A stretch of DNA of 50,348 nucleotides, counting the filler, from Bipalium vagum (taxonomy: Eukaryota): assembly GCA_037834085.1 (NCBI GenBank). It is 2 parts of 2 records of this genome, joined end to end, with 100 filler letters (N's around TTAATTAATTAA, not from the genome) between each part and the next. Parts side by side here need not be neighbours in the genome. Positions count along the whole stretch, not along the records: positions 28,483 to 50,348 come from JBBMKC010230409.1; 1 more part is not named here. One strand, 5' to 3'. A model generated the notes under the pieces. That model was not told where the DNA came from, ran no database searches, and worked only from the letters and a program-made list of their open reading frames with translations. The position numbers were made by a program, and so were the translations under genes. This document shows, piece by piece, positions 37,739 through 50,348 of this stretch; the first letter of the stretch is position 1, and each line of letters opens with the position of its first letter.

Positions 37739-39859
37739 TAATGATAATAATAATTTAAATGAGAAAAAATACATTAGCTCCTTTGTCTTCACGTAGTCTA
37801 AAAAAATTTGAAGACTAAATTAGTTCTTGCTTTTTGGAAATGTTGTATAATATGAATTAAATACCATAGTAATCAATGTCATTTTAAAAATTTTCTATAG
37901 CCTTTCAAACCCTTGTCGGAAATATTTAAACAACCTTTGATAAAATAAATTAAGAAGTAATATACGATTTAAATATTAACAATAATGACCAAACACATCT
38001 AAGAGAAGTTAAAATTAATAATAATATTTTTTCCTTGGTCACTTAATTATTAAAGTTCTGAAAAATCTTTTTTTTTATTTTTATTTGATTTTTAATAAAT
38101 TAATTGAGATTTTTGTTTAAACTATCTAAATAATTCGATAGTCGATTATTTTATGGCAATACATTTGCAGTTTTTTTAATTAACCAATGTTGGAGTTTTT
38201 TAAATTTGCATTAAAAACAGAAATATAATCTTGGTGGGGAAAATATTTTTATTTTCATTCTTTAAGGTTCAAGTGTGAAATTCAAACAATTAATATAATT
38301 AAATTTAATCAAAGAAAAATTTAATTTCAGTTTTAAAAGTACCCCAATGTAAGAGGTTCATTTCTCAACAGTTCCCTTTTTGAGTTGTAATTGAATCACG
38401 TTGATGTTCCACTCTCAAAAAATGTCATAATATCTTAGAGAAATGTATATAAATCTTTGGACAAAAATTTTTGCCTTGTTATTTAATTTAATTTTTGATC
38501 ATATGGGCACATTTAAAATTATTAAAAATTTTAAGATTATATGAGTACAATATGGTGGTTTACCTTAAAAAAATTATATTAAAACAATTGATTTTGTTTT
38601 AATTCTTCATTTTGTTTAAATTCACAACATTGTTTAAAATGACATTTTTATTTTCAAAATAATTTTATTTTTTGTCTCTCTATAACTACTATCCAATTCA
38701 CGCTAAAGGCAATACATAAATCTTTATCATTACCCAGATGAAATTTTCTTCAGAGATCAAAAGATTATCTTTATTTTCTCCATCTGAAAATGGGAAATAT
38801 TTCTATTCTTTTAAAAATATATTTCTCTTTTAATTTAAAATATAAATTTTATATAAGAAAAACCAGATTCGCTGGCTGCCAAAGGGTTTTTGATTGCCCT
38901 TTAGATCATTTTCTTTTCTGAATTTTCCTTACACGTCTGTATGGGACTGACTGATGTTCTCAGATTTAGTTCAGGGTTGTCAAGTAAAGTGGTTTTAAGA
39001 TTGTAACATTGTTATCAATAGTACTTATGTAAGTAGCGTTATATCTAGAACTCTTCAGTTCCTGGTCCTCCTTAACAGAATCCTTCAGAACTGATAATGT
39101 AACTTACGTCGATTTTCGAAGCAATGTCCAAATATTTCGGCTAAAACTTCAATAAATAATTCACTTTGTTTTATCTTTTTGGAAAATGTAAAATATTTTC
39201 CTGTTGCGTTAATGTAATTTTTGTATATGACGCCCAAAGGAAATTCTATAACAGTGATTATTTAATCAGTATAGCTAATAATAATAATAAATAAATAAAA
39301 CTTATTATAATAAGAGCAATCAAAAGATAATGAGAAAACTAGCTCCAAAGAATTCATTAAATAATCAATTCAACAGAGACAGAGATTTCTCAGAGTAAAA
39401 TGCTGGTTCATACATTTTGGTTCAAGTCTGTAGAACAATTGCGATTTCTTAATCAAAGCTTTCACAGAGACAGCAAATGTTTCATTTGCTTCCATTCCGT
39501 ATGGTATTTTCTGAGAATCAAGCTCATTTTATGTTTTCCTTTTTACTTTTAATCAACGTTGTAACAAAATTATAAATTATTCTTTTATTATAACTACATA
39601 ATAATGTATAATTGGAAAAGACTTTGCTTAGCAATATTTTTTTAAAAAACAATACAAAATATGTATGTACAAAACTTTCGGAATTTTTTGTATTGAAAAA
39701 TATGAAATGAAATTGATTTATGGATTAATTTCAGTTTGCACCTTTTTTTGTTTACACGGACTAATTATAATTATTTTAAAGATGATATAAAATAAAATTT
39801 CAATTTTTTCAAGGTTTTTTATTCTTTTACTGCCTTCAATCTCTAAAACCAGGTTTGTA

Positions 39860-40889
39860 ATAAAGGATTTTCCTATATTCATGTTACTATTTTCGTTTTT
39901 TCCTTTATCTATCTTCCGGGCATAGGAAGTATCGCCCTCACAAAGAACCCAGGACTTTAATCTATATCTTCCTGATTTAGATGACAAGTATTGTTTAATG
40001 GGGCACCAACATCAAAATTTTTTCAATTGGTCGTCCAATTTAACAATCCAGGGTTATATACATCTCGTAAATATTCATTTCACGTGAAAACTCATTTATT
40101 GAATTGATTTTCTCATTATACTAACTATTATTTTTGCGCAGTGTCGTCAAACTGCAGTACTCTTAAAAGCTCTTGAAATCTTTTTCTAGAAATCTCTTTA
40201 TTAAATATTTCCCTACCATTGTTTTACTCCATAAATCAGTTACGGGTCATTTTTTACCTGTAAACGTCAATCAAGAGTAGCAATCCAATAAATAATCTCA
40301 AATCAGTTCCAGTAAATAGATGCCATTGATCTTTGCATACCTTTTAGCCTTCTTTATTTTGCCATTTACAATCGGTCTACGGAAAAATAATAAAAACGCG
40401 TCGACTTCAAACTCACAAAGCAATTTTAAAACTATTACCCGTGCTATCATTGCGGTTCTTATCATCGTTCATGTTTTCTTATTTATCTCTAATTAAATAA
40501 GTGATTTCAAAATCATCTTCGAAATCTTCAGTTGATGGTTCATAATAGATATCTTTACATTCTTCATCGCTGGATTCATCGAAGAATTCTGCATTTATGT
40601 TCATTTTGAAAGTGTTTATGAATTATTATGAAAGTACTTAAGGTAAACAAAATAATTTCATTAAAAAGTAATTTTATTAGAGTATAATTTAAGTTAAGTT
40701 ATCATGTTGGGTAATTCACACTACTTTATGTACCAAAAATTCTCAGATTTGCTATTAAAAATATATGAGCGTAACAATGAAGCACTTCATAATTCTTGAA
40801 AAATTCATTACTAACCGATTCAAGGAAAAAAACTTTAAACATTTCAAATATTATATGGGATCTCAGAAGCCCTGGCAGTACATTTAGGA
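39860..40889 (-). mobile_element. piggyBac transposon relic
   Basis: Minus-strand SRKRFQELLRVLQFDD and KSGRYRLKSWVLCE..TSY; acidic N-terminal stretch; terminus TTAA|TCCTAAATGTACTGCCAGGG with TTAA at 40890..40893; other end not located. Confidence 0.8.
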
Positions 40890-42539
40890 TTAAGTTTTAA
40901 TTTTTATCTATACAATTTATATTATATACAATTATATTATCTATACAACCGTGGCCTTAAATTATTGATTGTTAAAAAGTTGATGTGGTTAGAATGTGAA
41001 TAAAATGTCAAAAATATAAGCAGTTCGTCATATCTAAAAATGCAATATATATTCAATATTTTTCAATCTAAAGAAACAGCAACTATTTAATCATAAAATA
41101 TGTTTGAAAAAGTTATATATTTCAAAAACAGTAATTAATATTCTCCAGCCAGGCTGTATTTGTTTCATATTACCAAGTTGTATTTTACCAACTATATTCA
41201 TTATCTTAAATAATTTTAAAAAATCATTATCTTTCTTACAATCAATAATTGTATCCCCAAAGAGAACGATTAACGTTATTATTAGCAGAAGTTATAAAAA
41301 ATTAAATTATAAATAGCTCGCTTAAGCAAAACGGAGCAAATCTAAATTTCAAACAGCCATTATCTTTTTAACTAATTTTCAAGATTTAATTAAAAAAATC
41401 ATGTTTTAATGAATTTCTTATCTTTATGAAAAATAATACTAAGTATATCAAATATTGAAAATCATTTTGTCAGACAATTTATTCTATTTTTATTGACTTC
41501 CGGAACATTTTTCAATAGGAAATCTTTTATTTCATTTAGACTAAATAATTAAATTTCTTTAATACATTGTTTATTGATTTTATCTATTTTGCTTAATCAT
41601 TTAATAATTCTGACTATTTACAGAGAATCTTAAAATCAATGAGAAAATAATATAAAAAAGATAATCAATATTATTGAATATTTTACATGAAATTAGAATA
41701 ATATTTTTAATAAATGATTACATAAATTTATAAACATTTTTTCAAGCTCAGTAAAGCAATTAATAATTTTTTTTGCATGAGATTTTCAAGGTTTTCTTTA
41801 CACGAAGAAGAAATCAATTGGAAACTTTTAATGATCATAATATCTAATAGAACGAAATTTGTTTCTTGTTTTAATAGAGTGATAATTATTTCACTAGAAT
41901 TATTTAATTAATTAAAAATATTTTCTTGAATGATATGCAATGAAAATAAATGTGAAATATTGGGCTCCTTCAAATTACATATGATTAAATGATGTTATAT
42001 AAACAATTAAAATTAATAGAACATTGAGAAAACACTTATTTTATTTCAATATACAAAAAAGCTCTTCATTTCGATTGCTCAATAAAAATAATTAATCTTC
42101 AATGTTAAAATAAATTGAATAAAAATAACAATCAAATAAATAATAAAATAAAAAGAAATATTAAAAAAAAATAATTAATCAATTAAATAAATTCCCATTT
42201 GTTTAAGTCTAAAATATCTCTTATTTCATGAATCGACAATGAACATTATAACACAATGCTTAATTTGTCTGTTAACCTTCCAAAAAGTTTTAAAATGAAT
42301 TTTCATTTCAATTTTGCTTCATTTAAAATTCAGTATCCCTTGTGATTTAAATAAGAATTGCTTAGGGGGTCATTTTCAGAATAAAAAGGCTTATATTGGT
42401 TTCGTACAAAATTTGTTGATTCAAAATCCGCATTTTAAATAATTCATTTATATTTTGTATAAAATATTTCTTATATTATCACTGAATAGTAACAAGGCAT
42501 TATAAAATTACAATTTTATAATACATTGTTTGAATCAGC

Positions 42540-42870
42540 TAATCTGTATGACAATCATCAACAGTGAAACCTCATCATTATCCAGGACAAACTCTGGCCC
42601 TCGTTTATCAAAATTTATCAATTCTTTCTTGAGCAGAATGCATTCAAGTGTATCCCCCAACCACCTTAGTTTTCTGAATCGTTGCCTATTCCTGAATTTG
42701 GAGTCAGAGAGAGGAATAAAAAAATTCAAATCCATAGTCGAATTAAAAATATTTCTAAAAAAGCTCTTAGACGTCAAGCTACATTCAAACTGACTACTGA
42801 ATTGAGCCGACTGAAAGAAAATCTGAACAGCATCACTTTGTATCAATGTAAATATTTGAAATGAATATTG
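42540..42870 (+). mobile_element. Possible N-terminal fragment of a Penelope-like ORF
   Basis: NHLSFLNRCLFLNL resembles the HLxFLxxC motif at the start of many Penelope ORFs; no downstream RT nearby. Confidence 0.35.
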
Positions 42871-43328
42871 TTCATAAGATACTATACGATTTCTGGGTAA
42901 TTTTTTTTATAAAATAGATTTTCTCATATGTCCTCCTATAAGTATCAAGCTTCATTTTTTAATGTAATAAAAATCCTTTTTTACTTTTATCATGATCATA
43001 ATAACTGAATAAAAATATTTATAATGTTATTTTTAATTAAACTTCAGGTGTTGTTGTTTTTTTCCTTTTCTGTGTGAGATTTGCAGGCCTCGTTGACAGT
43101 AAAATTTTTAATCTGTGAATACTAAAGGATAAGTCAATTTCTTTTTATGAATATTTTTAGTAAAATAGAGCTGATCTTTTCTATTTTTACAAAGATTTAG
43201 GATCATTGATGAAACGGTTCAAAATTTAATCTTCAAGGGAAATTTTCTTGGACTATTCAGAAAACTGTTCCTGTTCTTTTTTTGTCAAATTTTAAGAAGA
43301 ATTTTTCTGCTTTTTTCTATCTTTTTTA

Positions 43329-43968
43329 TCAGGTTGTCCCACGTGAAATAGCAATTTTTAAAATGTAAATAAATTAATTGAAAAAAATGGCTATGAAACA
43401 TATTTTATTGATCAAAATATTTCCCAGGTCTCAATACACTTCGCCATTGAGACAAGAAATCATGAATTTTCTGTACATAGAAATAAGAATTTCTGGACTC
43501 AGAAAATTACAGAATGCATTTTGGATCTCATCGTGGTTTAGAAACATGCTACTCGTCAGAAATGTATATATATGTTTGAACATATAATAATCTGGTTGTG
43601 AAAGATCCGGCAAATAAATGATAATAACTAATAAATATGATATAATATAAGTATAATAAATAAACAAACTAATTAGTTCAAATCATGTAATTTTTTTTGT
43701 TAATTTCGAAATATGTGGTCTTTTATTATCCGCTGTGAAAATAGATACCTTTTGGTTGATTTTCAAAAAACGTCTGGTGCACACAAATTTCAAATAGTTG
43801 TTTCTAAATAGTAGTAACATGTAATTTTAAATTGAACTGCTTATTTTAAAATAATATGAAAAGCAAAATTGGCGCTTCATGTTGATATATTAAAACAATT
43901 CTTAACATAAAAAATTTATTGATTAAAAAATAAAACTAAAATCCGTCATTTCATATGGGACAATCTGA
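43329..43968 (-). mobile_element. Non-autonomous mariner deletion derivative (640 bp)
   Basis: TIRs TCAGGTTGTCCCACGTGAAATAGC and GTCATTTCATATGGGACAATCTGA; residual YLPDLSQPDYYMFKHI..F..DEIQNAF. Confidence 0.85.
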
Positions 43969-45503
43969 CATCTTACCTCTTTTTGCCTTTTACAACCTGG
44001 AAAAAGTTTAAAATTAATATGCTTGACACTTAACATTCTTTTGTTAAGAACTATGGTAGTTTTTGAATATCAACAGGTATTACTAAAATATTTCATTAGG
44101 TAATATAAAATATATTATTCAAATATAAATTCAATGTAAACATGTAAGTGATAATAACATAATGTCATATTATTATAACAAACATCAAATGTTGTAAAAA
44201 AATTATATTTTTAATAAATCAATCCTTTTGTTACACATTGGTATCGATAATTCCCATTTAATTTTAATATACTTTTTATTTTCTTCCCGTTTTTATCAGC
44301 AAAACTGATTATTATCGAGTGTAACACTTTGCATTTTGCATAGCAGTATCTTCATCAAGCCACCAATTACTGTCAATTACTAAAATGACAATGAAAATGA
44401 AATTTTCTATTAAAACAAAAACAATAAAATGCAAAATAAAAACAAAAAACAATTTTTATTTTTTTCTTAAATCTTTTCACTGCCATATTAATTTTTTACG
44501 AACAGAATTTCAATGGAAATGAATAATTCTCCACAAATATGAAACTTGTAGCTTGGTCCGCTGTTCATTATATATTCTTTCGGCATAGCCTAATTTTCGA
44601 AGCAGCGTTAGGAAATTATTCCACGAAAATTATTTATTCAGAATTCGTCAATTTACGCTTGGATGCAAATTTAATAAGCCAAACCTAACTTGAACATGAA
44701 AAAAATACCGAAGAAAATGTAGTGATAATTTTTCTTGATATATGATAAAAATCATCTTGTTTGCTTTATTTCTTGGGAGACCGGATTGTGCTTGACAAAT
44801 GAATGGGCATTCTTCCATAAAATTCTAAATTATCTTTGACAAGCGATCAATGCCAGGTTTTAAAAAGACTTGTCAAAACAGATCTCTTGGCAGTTTTATT
44901 TCGCTTGATTCATGATATAATTTTCATACCTATTCATAACCCAGAAGAATATTGTTAAATTAATTACTTTCTTAATTTTCTCATTTCGTTCTGATAAAAA
45001 CTCAATTTAATCACTAATGACAGCAGCGTTCCTCTAAATAGTTCCAATCCAACGGCTACTGCTTTTCAGATCGCAACTGAGAAAATGCTTAAAGACCATT
45101 AGGTGGATATTAGTAACCAGTCGAGCAACCTTCTAAGAGCTTTTATCTCACTGATTTTGGACAGATATTAACATGTCAGATAATTTGTTTTTACCTCTTT
45201 TATTTTCAATGCTCACCTGGCTTAGTGATTGTGTTATCTTGATAGAAACTGGTTCAGGTTTCCAATTTCCGTTTTTTTTTCTTAGACAGTTTCATTAATT
45301 GACCACGACGTCCTCTCCCTGCTAGGTTGATAAAACTCGAGTATATCAAATAGATTCTGATCAGAAGTTTGTTATTTAATTAGTATTTTCATTAATATTT
45401 CATAATAAATAAAAATGACAAAACTTGTATAATTTTTATGTTTATCTTTTGTTTGAATATACTATATCAATATTAACAATCCAAGGAGATGATTAATTTT
45501 ATA

Positions 45504-46733
45504 TCACGATGTCCCAAAATATAATAAAAAGAAATCAAATTATAAAAATTTATTAAATACATATCAAATATCAAAGTATAGACCATTATATTCGATGGTC
45601 TTAAGCCATCTTTGAGATAGTTCTTGAATTCCACTAAGATACCATTGTTTCGATTTGGAAGAGAAGAACCGCAAGCAGGCAATTTCCACATCGTTAACAA
45701 TACTAAAGCTTCGACCACAAAGGAAATATACCAAAGACATAAATAGGTAGTAATCAGTAGGCGTTAGATCAGGGCTGTAAGCTTTTTGTGGTAAAAGTTC
45801 AATTGCCTTCAGTTCTAGAATTTTTTTATTGATTATAATCACTGTGTTTTGCATTGTCATGCTGGAGAAGAACTTTTTTTTCCTTTAGCTTTTCATACAT
45901 ACGATGAAGTTGTGAGGAATATAATTTGCAATCAATTGATTAACCATTCGGGATCAATTCTAAGTGTATTAAACCTTCGTAATTCCACCATACGCACAAG
46001 ACCTTTTTTCAAACCGTTGCTGTTTAACAACAGGAAATGCTGTTTGCATAATGTCCAACCACCGATTTGAAGTGTCTGGATTTGTAAAATAAATCCACTT
46101 TTCATCTCTTGTCACAGTTTTCCTAATGAGGTAACTGTCAAATCGATATTACAAAAGTTATTTACAGATATCACCACATCGTAGAGCATTTGCTGCACTT
46201 AAATCATGAGGTATTTCTCGACACCGTATGTTTACCTTTCCATGAAAATGTAAATGGCTGCATATGATGGATTTTGAAAGTCCTAATTGTACAGATAATT
46301 TCCGGATACTAATCCTTGGATTCTTTTCAACAGTTTCCACCAGAGCTTCGGAATTCACAATGTATAATCGCCCGGAACCTTCTTTCCTTAACAGATTGAT
46401 GTCTCCGTTGGAAAACGTTTTGAACCAATTAGTGACGATTAGTGTCACTATTTACACCTTCCACATCGTTGATCATTTGAACAGCCTCTGTAGCTTTTAA
46501 GCTTTTCTTCCATGAATGACGCAAAAGCACTTGAAAACCATATTTTGAATCCATTTTTAAAATTCCAATTTCACCTTAAAAATTTAAATATATTTTTTTG
46601 AGTTGTATTTAGTTTAAAAGACATAAAATCTATTTATGTTCGACATATAAATTGATTTCTTGACTTTTATTAAATTAAAATGATTTCATGGCAGGCGGTA
46701 AAATAAAAAAGGAACCTTTTTGAGACACCCTAA
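45504..46733 (-). mobile_element. Degenerate full-length mariner transposon
   Basis: TIR reverse complement TTAGGGTGTCTCAAAA versus eroded TCACGATGTCCCAAAA, TA flanks; WFKTFSNGD..GSGR, REIPHDL, VTRDEKW, YSPDLTPTDYYLF. Confidence 0.9.
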
Positions 46734-47647
46734 TAAAAGATAAATCATTAAGTCTTACAATTTATAAAATTAATTAATTAAAAGAAAAATTGGAAACTCA
46801 AATTTATTTCAAACTTTAATGTTCAAGGTGATAATAACAGAAAATATATTAATATTTAAACTGAATGAGAACATAAATTGTGAATTACAAATATTTCTTT
46901 TTTTCATTTAATTCGATATTTAACATTTGATAGTGCTTGCAAAATATTCAGACAAAGATTTTGTGATAACTAATTTTTTTATGAAGTCAGTCTTTTTGAC
47001 TGTGGTCGAATACACCACCTGAATTTCTGATATTAAAATCAACTTAGTTTCTCTCTGGAAATATTAATTAATGATTTTTATGATTTTGCTACTTATGTAA
47101 ATTGATTGTAAAACTTTATACTGCAATTGGATATTTTAAAAAATTCTTTTAAAACTTTTTTTAATTCTTTGTATACTTCACACTTAATTTTTTAAATTAT
47201 TATTTTAAGATCTTTAATTATTGCATTCATTTTAAATTAAATTTAAACTTTAAAAAAAATACTTTTATAAACTTATGAAAATAATAGAATTATTAGAAGT
47301 GTAAGAGATTTTTTTTAAAACATTTTTTGATAGCTCTTAATCTTATTATGAATAGAAATTTTAAAAATTATTGATTAATCAATTAAAATTTATTCGCAGC
47401 TGTGAAATTAGTATTGGTGGTTAAATAATGACGTTGATACTGATTTATTGATATTATTTATTTCTTTATATTCATGTTTCAAATTTATTTTAACTATTGT
47501 TTATTAGTAAAACTTTATTGGTTTAACGAGTAAATAGATCAGGATATAAAAATATGTAAGTTAATCAAATTATCAATTAAACTTTTTATTTCAAATGAAA
47601 ACCGCGAATTATGTTAATTTTCAATTGTTGCTTTATTTTTAATACTT

Positions 47648-47812
47648 AATTATCGTGTTTCTTGATGAATGTCATTAACCGACGCTTAATGCATTTATTA
47701 AGGTACACATCTTGGTTAATTGCCTTCTTTGATGACACAAAAATTGGATTGGAAACACCTAAAGATGTAAAAACCATCCAGACCAGTACTTTTAATTCAT
47801 TTTTGGACTTCA
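47648..47812 (-). mobile_element. Second DD37E-type Tc1-like transposase fragment
   Basis: Minus-strand KSKNELKVLVWMVFTSLGVSNPIFVSSKKAINQDVYLNKCIKRRLMTFIKKHDN; too short for the ORF track. Confidence 0.75.
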
Positions 47813-48685
47813 ATTGATATTAAACATGATTCGCAGTGATTTTTACTTTATTCGAATAATAGTGACGGTCATAAATTTTAAAATTAATAATAATAATAAT
47901 AATAATAAAATTATGAAAATATTTTTATAATAGTAGTAGAAAAATAATTAGCAAATCCAACATATATTGAGCAAAAACTTCAACTGTGCAATATTGTTTA
48001 TTTTTAAAATTTTATTTAATAGATAAAAATCAAACCAAAATATAATATTGACTAATTCTATGCATAATTTGTTTTCCAATAAAATATTTATAGATATTTG
48101 ATTGAAAAGACAAAAATCCTTTTAAAATCAATATGCAGAATTTATCCCACTTTTCCAAAAACATCGAGTCCATTGGAGAAAATTTGCGAATATTAAATTA
48201 TTAATTAAAAGACATTTATTTGACATCAAATCTCGTATTTTGTTAAAGATATCGTCGACATTGTGATAAGAAATAATGTAGTTGAAAATATACAACTTTA
48301 TATTTGAGTAAAATATACATTCGAGTCTTTTGATATAATAAAAATGATCTGGTATTAGTCGAGAAATTAAAATTTTACAAAAAATTATATTATCATGATA
48401 GTATTATGGAAACTTGAGATTAAAAATGATTGATCAACAACATTTTTTCTTGTGAAAATTATCCTTTTATTGTGATTAAAAACAATGTTTTTTTTATTTT
48501 ATTTTATGATTATTTTTATTTTGGTAAATAAATTCCTCAAAAAAGAAATATAAATGTTAATTAAATAAAAATATATTTAAAAATAATAAATTATTTAATT
48601 TCCTATTATTATTAATATTATTATTGTTATTATTAATTTTATAATAATTAATTTTGAAGTAACATGTTACTAAAAATATATTTTT

Positions 48686-48698
48686 AATAATAATAATA

Positions 48699-48743
<45 letters not shown>
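48686..48743. repeat. Compound inverted microsatellite (AAT)5(TAT)14
   Basis: Read directly from the sequence. Confidence 0.9.
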
Positions 48744-50231
48744 GCACCAGTAATAGTGTCTTATTGAGTATAACTTATTTTTCACCGTCACCGATAACTA
48801 CTGATTTCTTTTAATTAATTCTTAAAAATAAATATTAGACACCTGTTTTATTTCTTCATTTCTCATCAAGTGTTTTTTTTCAATAGTTTTTTTTTCAATA
48901 GTTCCTATACTTTTCAGGATAGCAATTTATAATCTGAAGATCTTCGGAGATACTAATATTAATGTCGTAAGAAAAGGTTCTCTTCTTTAATTAACCGAAA
49001 CTTTTTTGGGTATTTTTATATAAAATATTTAAATACAATATCGATTAAAAATATACGCTATAAATCTTTTTTTTTTATTTTTTTGAATTATTTTTATTTT
49101 AAAACCAACACGATGTTTTATAAAATCCTACTAAGCGTTAAACTCTCAGTCGATTCGTCAATAATAATCTCAAACATTTTGAGAAACTTGACACATAATA
49201 TTTTTTAAATAATATTTTTTATTATATTTTATGAATTAAAAATATTAAAATTATATCTATTAAAGCACTCTGTTTTGTTAACGGAATATTGCTATATTTG
49301 TAGTAAAAAATAACCCTTTTTAAATTTTTTTTATATTTTAATACTTGATTGCTTTAATTTGAAATACGCTTTCTCTTAGGATATTATGCATTTGTACATA
49401 TCATTTATTTAGAAATATTTTGTATTTAAATATATAATTTATTTTAGGCATTTAATGTATTCCACAAATTATTTTCTTATTGCTTACTATTTGCTTATTG
49501 AAATGAGCATGTATCGAAATAAATAATATGCTTCTAATGTAACAAAATAATGCTATCATTAATTAAATGAATAAATTGATATCCCAAAAGATTCCTCAAA
49601 TATGTACTTATTTTTTATTAGTTTTTATAAATTTTTTAATATTAATATTATGATTATTAAAAAATATTTTTCAAGATAATTATCTGTAATGAGAGTGTAC
49701 ACACAAACGAGATTGACGAGGTTGTGCGTTTTTATTTATTTTTATAAATACATACCATCAATAATAATAAAAACCACCGATGATATGAACTTTTAATCTA
49801 ATTTAAATAAAGAAATATCCATGTAACGAAATGAAGAAATGGAATATTCGTTAACATAAGAAGAAATAAAATTTCAAATTGGTTTCCATTGCAGAAAAAC
49901 ATTTGAGAATAGAGTCATAAATTCTGACAACTAAACCGAATCTCCGTCTCGGGAAATCTTAGCTTAACTGAGGGAAGGTTATTGTAAACTTCAAAAGTAT
50001 TATTAGTAAATTTGCGTAACACATGACTCGTGATTTTACTGACTTTTTCAATTACATCAATAACCTGTTCGAATAGAATTTAATCAAAGTAGAACTTTAC
50101 TTGTTTATTTGTAATTTAGATAAATAATCAATCAATATTATGAGAATCTAAAATATCTGAGTAACATATTTAATTTTTTAATTTAATTTGCAGTATATTG
50201 AGCCAAAAGATTTTAATAATTAAATAAAATT

Positions 50232-50348
50232 GGTCCATTAGGACCAACATTATCCTCAATATTTATGAACCACTTAGAAATGAAAATCGACAATTACCAA
50301 GGAAGTAAACCACTGGCTTATAAAAGATATGTTGATGACGTATTTTTA
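50232..50348 (+). mobile_element. Penelope-like retroelement reverse transcriptase fragment, running off the window end
   Basis: GPLGPTLSSIFMNHLEMKIDNYQGSKPLAYKRYVDDVFL matches Penelope RT (G)SPLxPxLAxxFM...RYVDD motifs. Confidence 0.85.

Noticed and set aside
42535-42846. Minus-strand 103-aa ORF as a host gene
   Set aside because: No recognisable domain; better explained as the antisense shadow of a decayed plus-strand retroelement ORF
1-50348. CRISPR array, operon, prophage, tRNA genes or a prokaryotic defence system
   Set aside because: No regularly spaced repeat-spacer array, no dense ORF packing and no cloverleaf recognised; the sequence has spliceosomal introns and eukaryotic transposons

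Overview
Very AT-rich eukaryotic (metazoan) nuclear DNA, not prokaryotic. An orphan 5.8S rRNA fragment with flatworm-like residues, plus the density of mariner relics, suggests a flatworm such as a planarian (inference only). The one convincing host gene is an 8-exon, + strand SARA/endofin (ZFYVE9/ZFYVE16-family) FYVE-domain gene at 2800..19724. I reconstructed it by hand with GT-AG introns of matching phase (about 1090 aa), including exons 1 and 5, which the ORF track misses. The rest is mostly degraded mobile DNA: at least eight mariner relics with different TIRs, two DD37E and one DD34E Tc1/IS630-type relics, pogo/Tigger, Merlin, hAT-like, piggyBac and Penelope-like fragments. An artificial 100-nt contig spacer (N44-TTAATTAATTAA-N44) lies at 28383..28482, so the two halves may not be contiguous. 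I found no evidence of a new multi-gene system. The best leads are a SARA homolog that keeps FYVE, PP1-docking and C-terminal domains but seems to lack the canonical Smad-binding motif, an intronic 5.8S rRNA fragment, a probable 3'-UTR intron, and degenerate hammerhead-like motifs near Penelope relics. All family assignments come from my recall of motifs; no searches were run.
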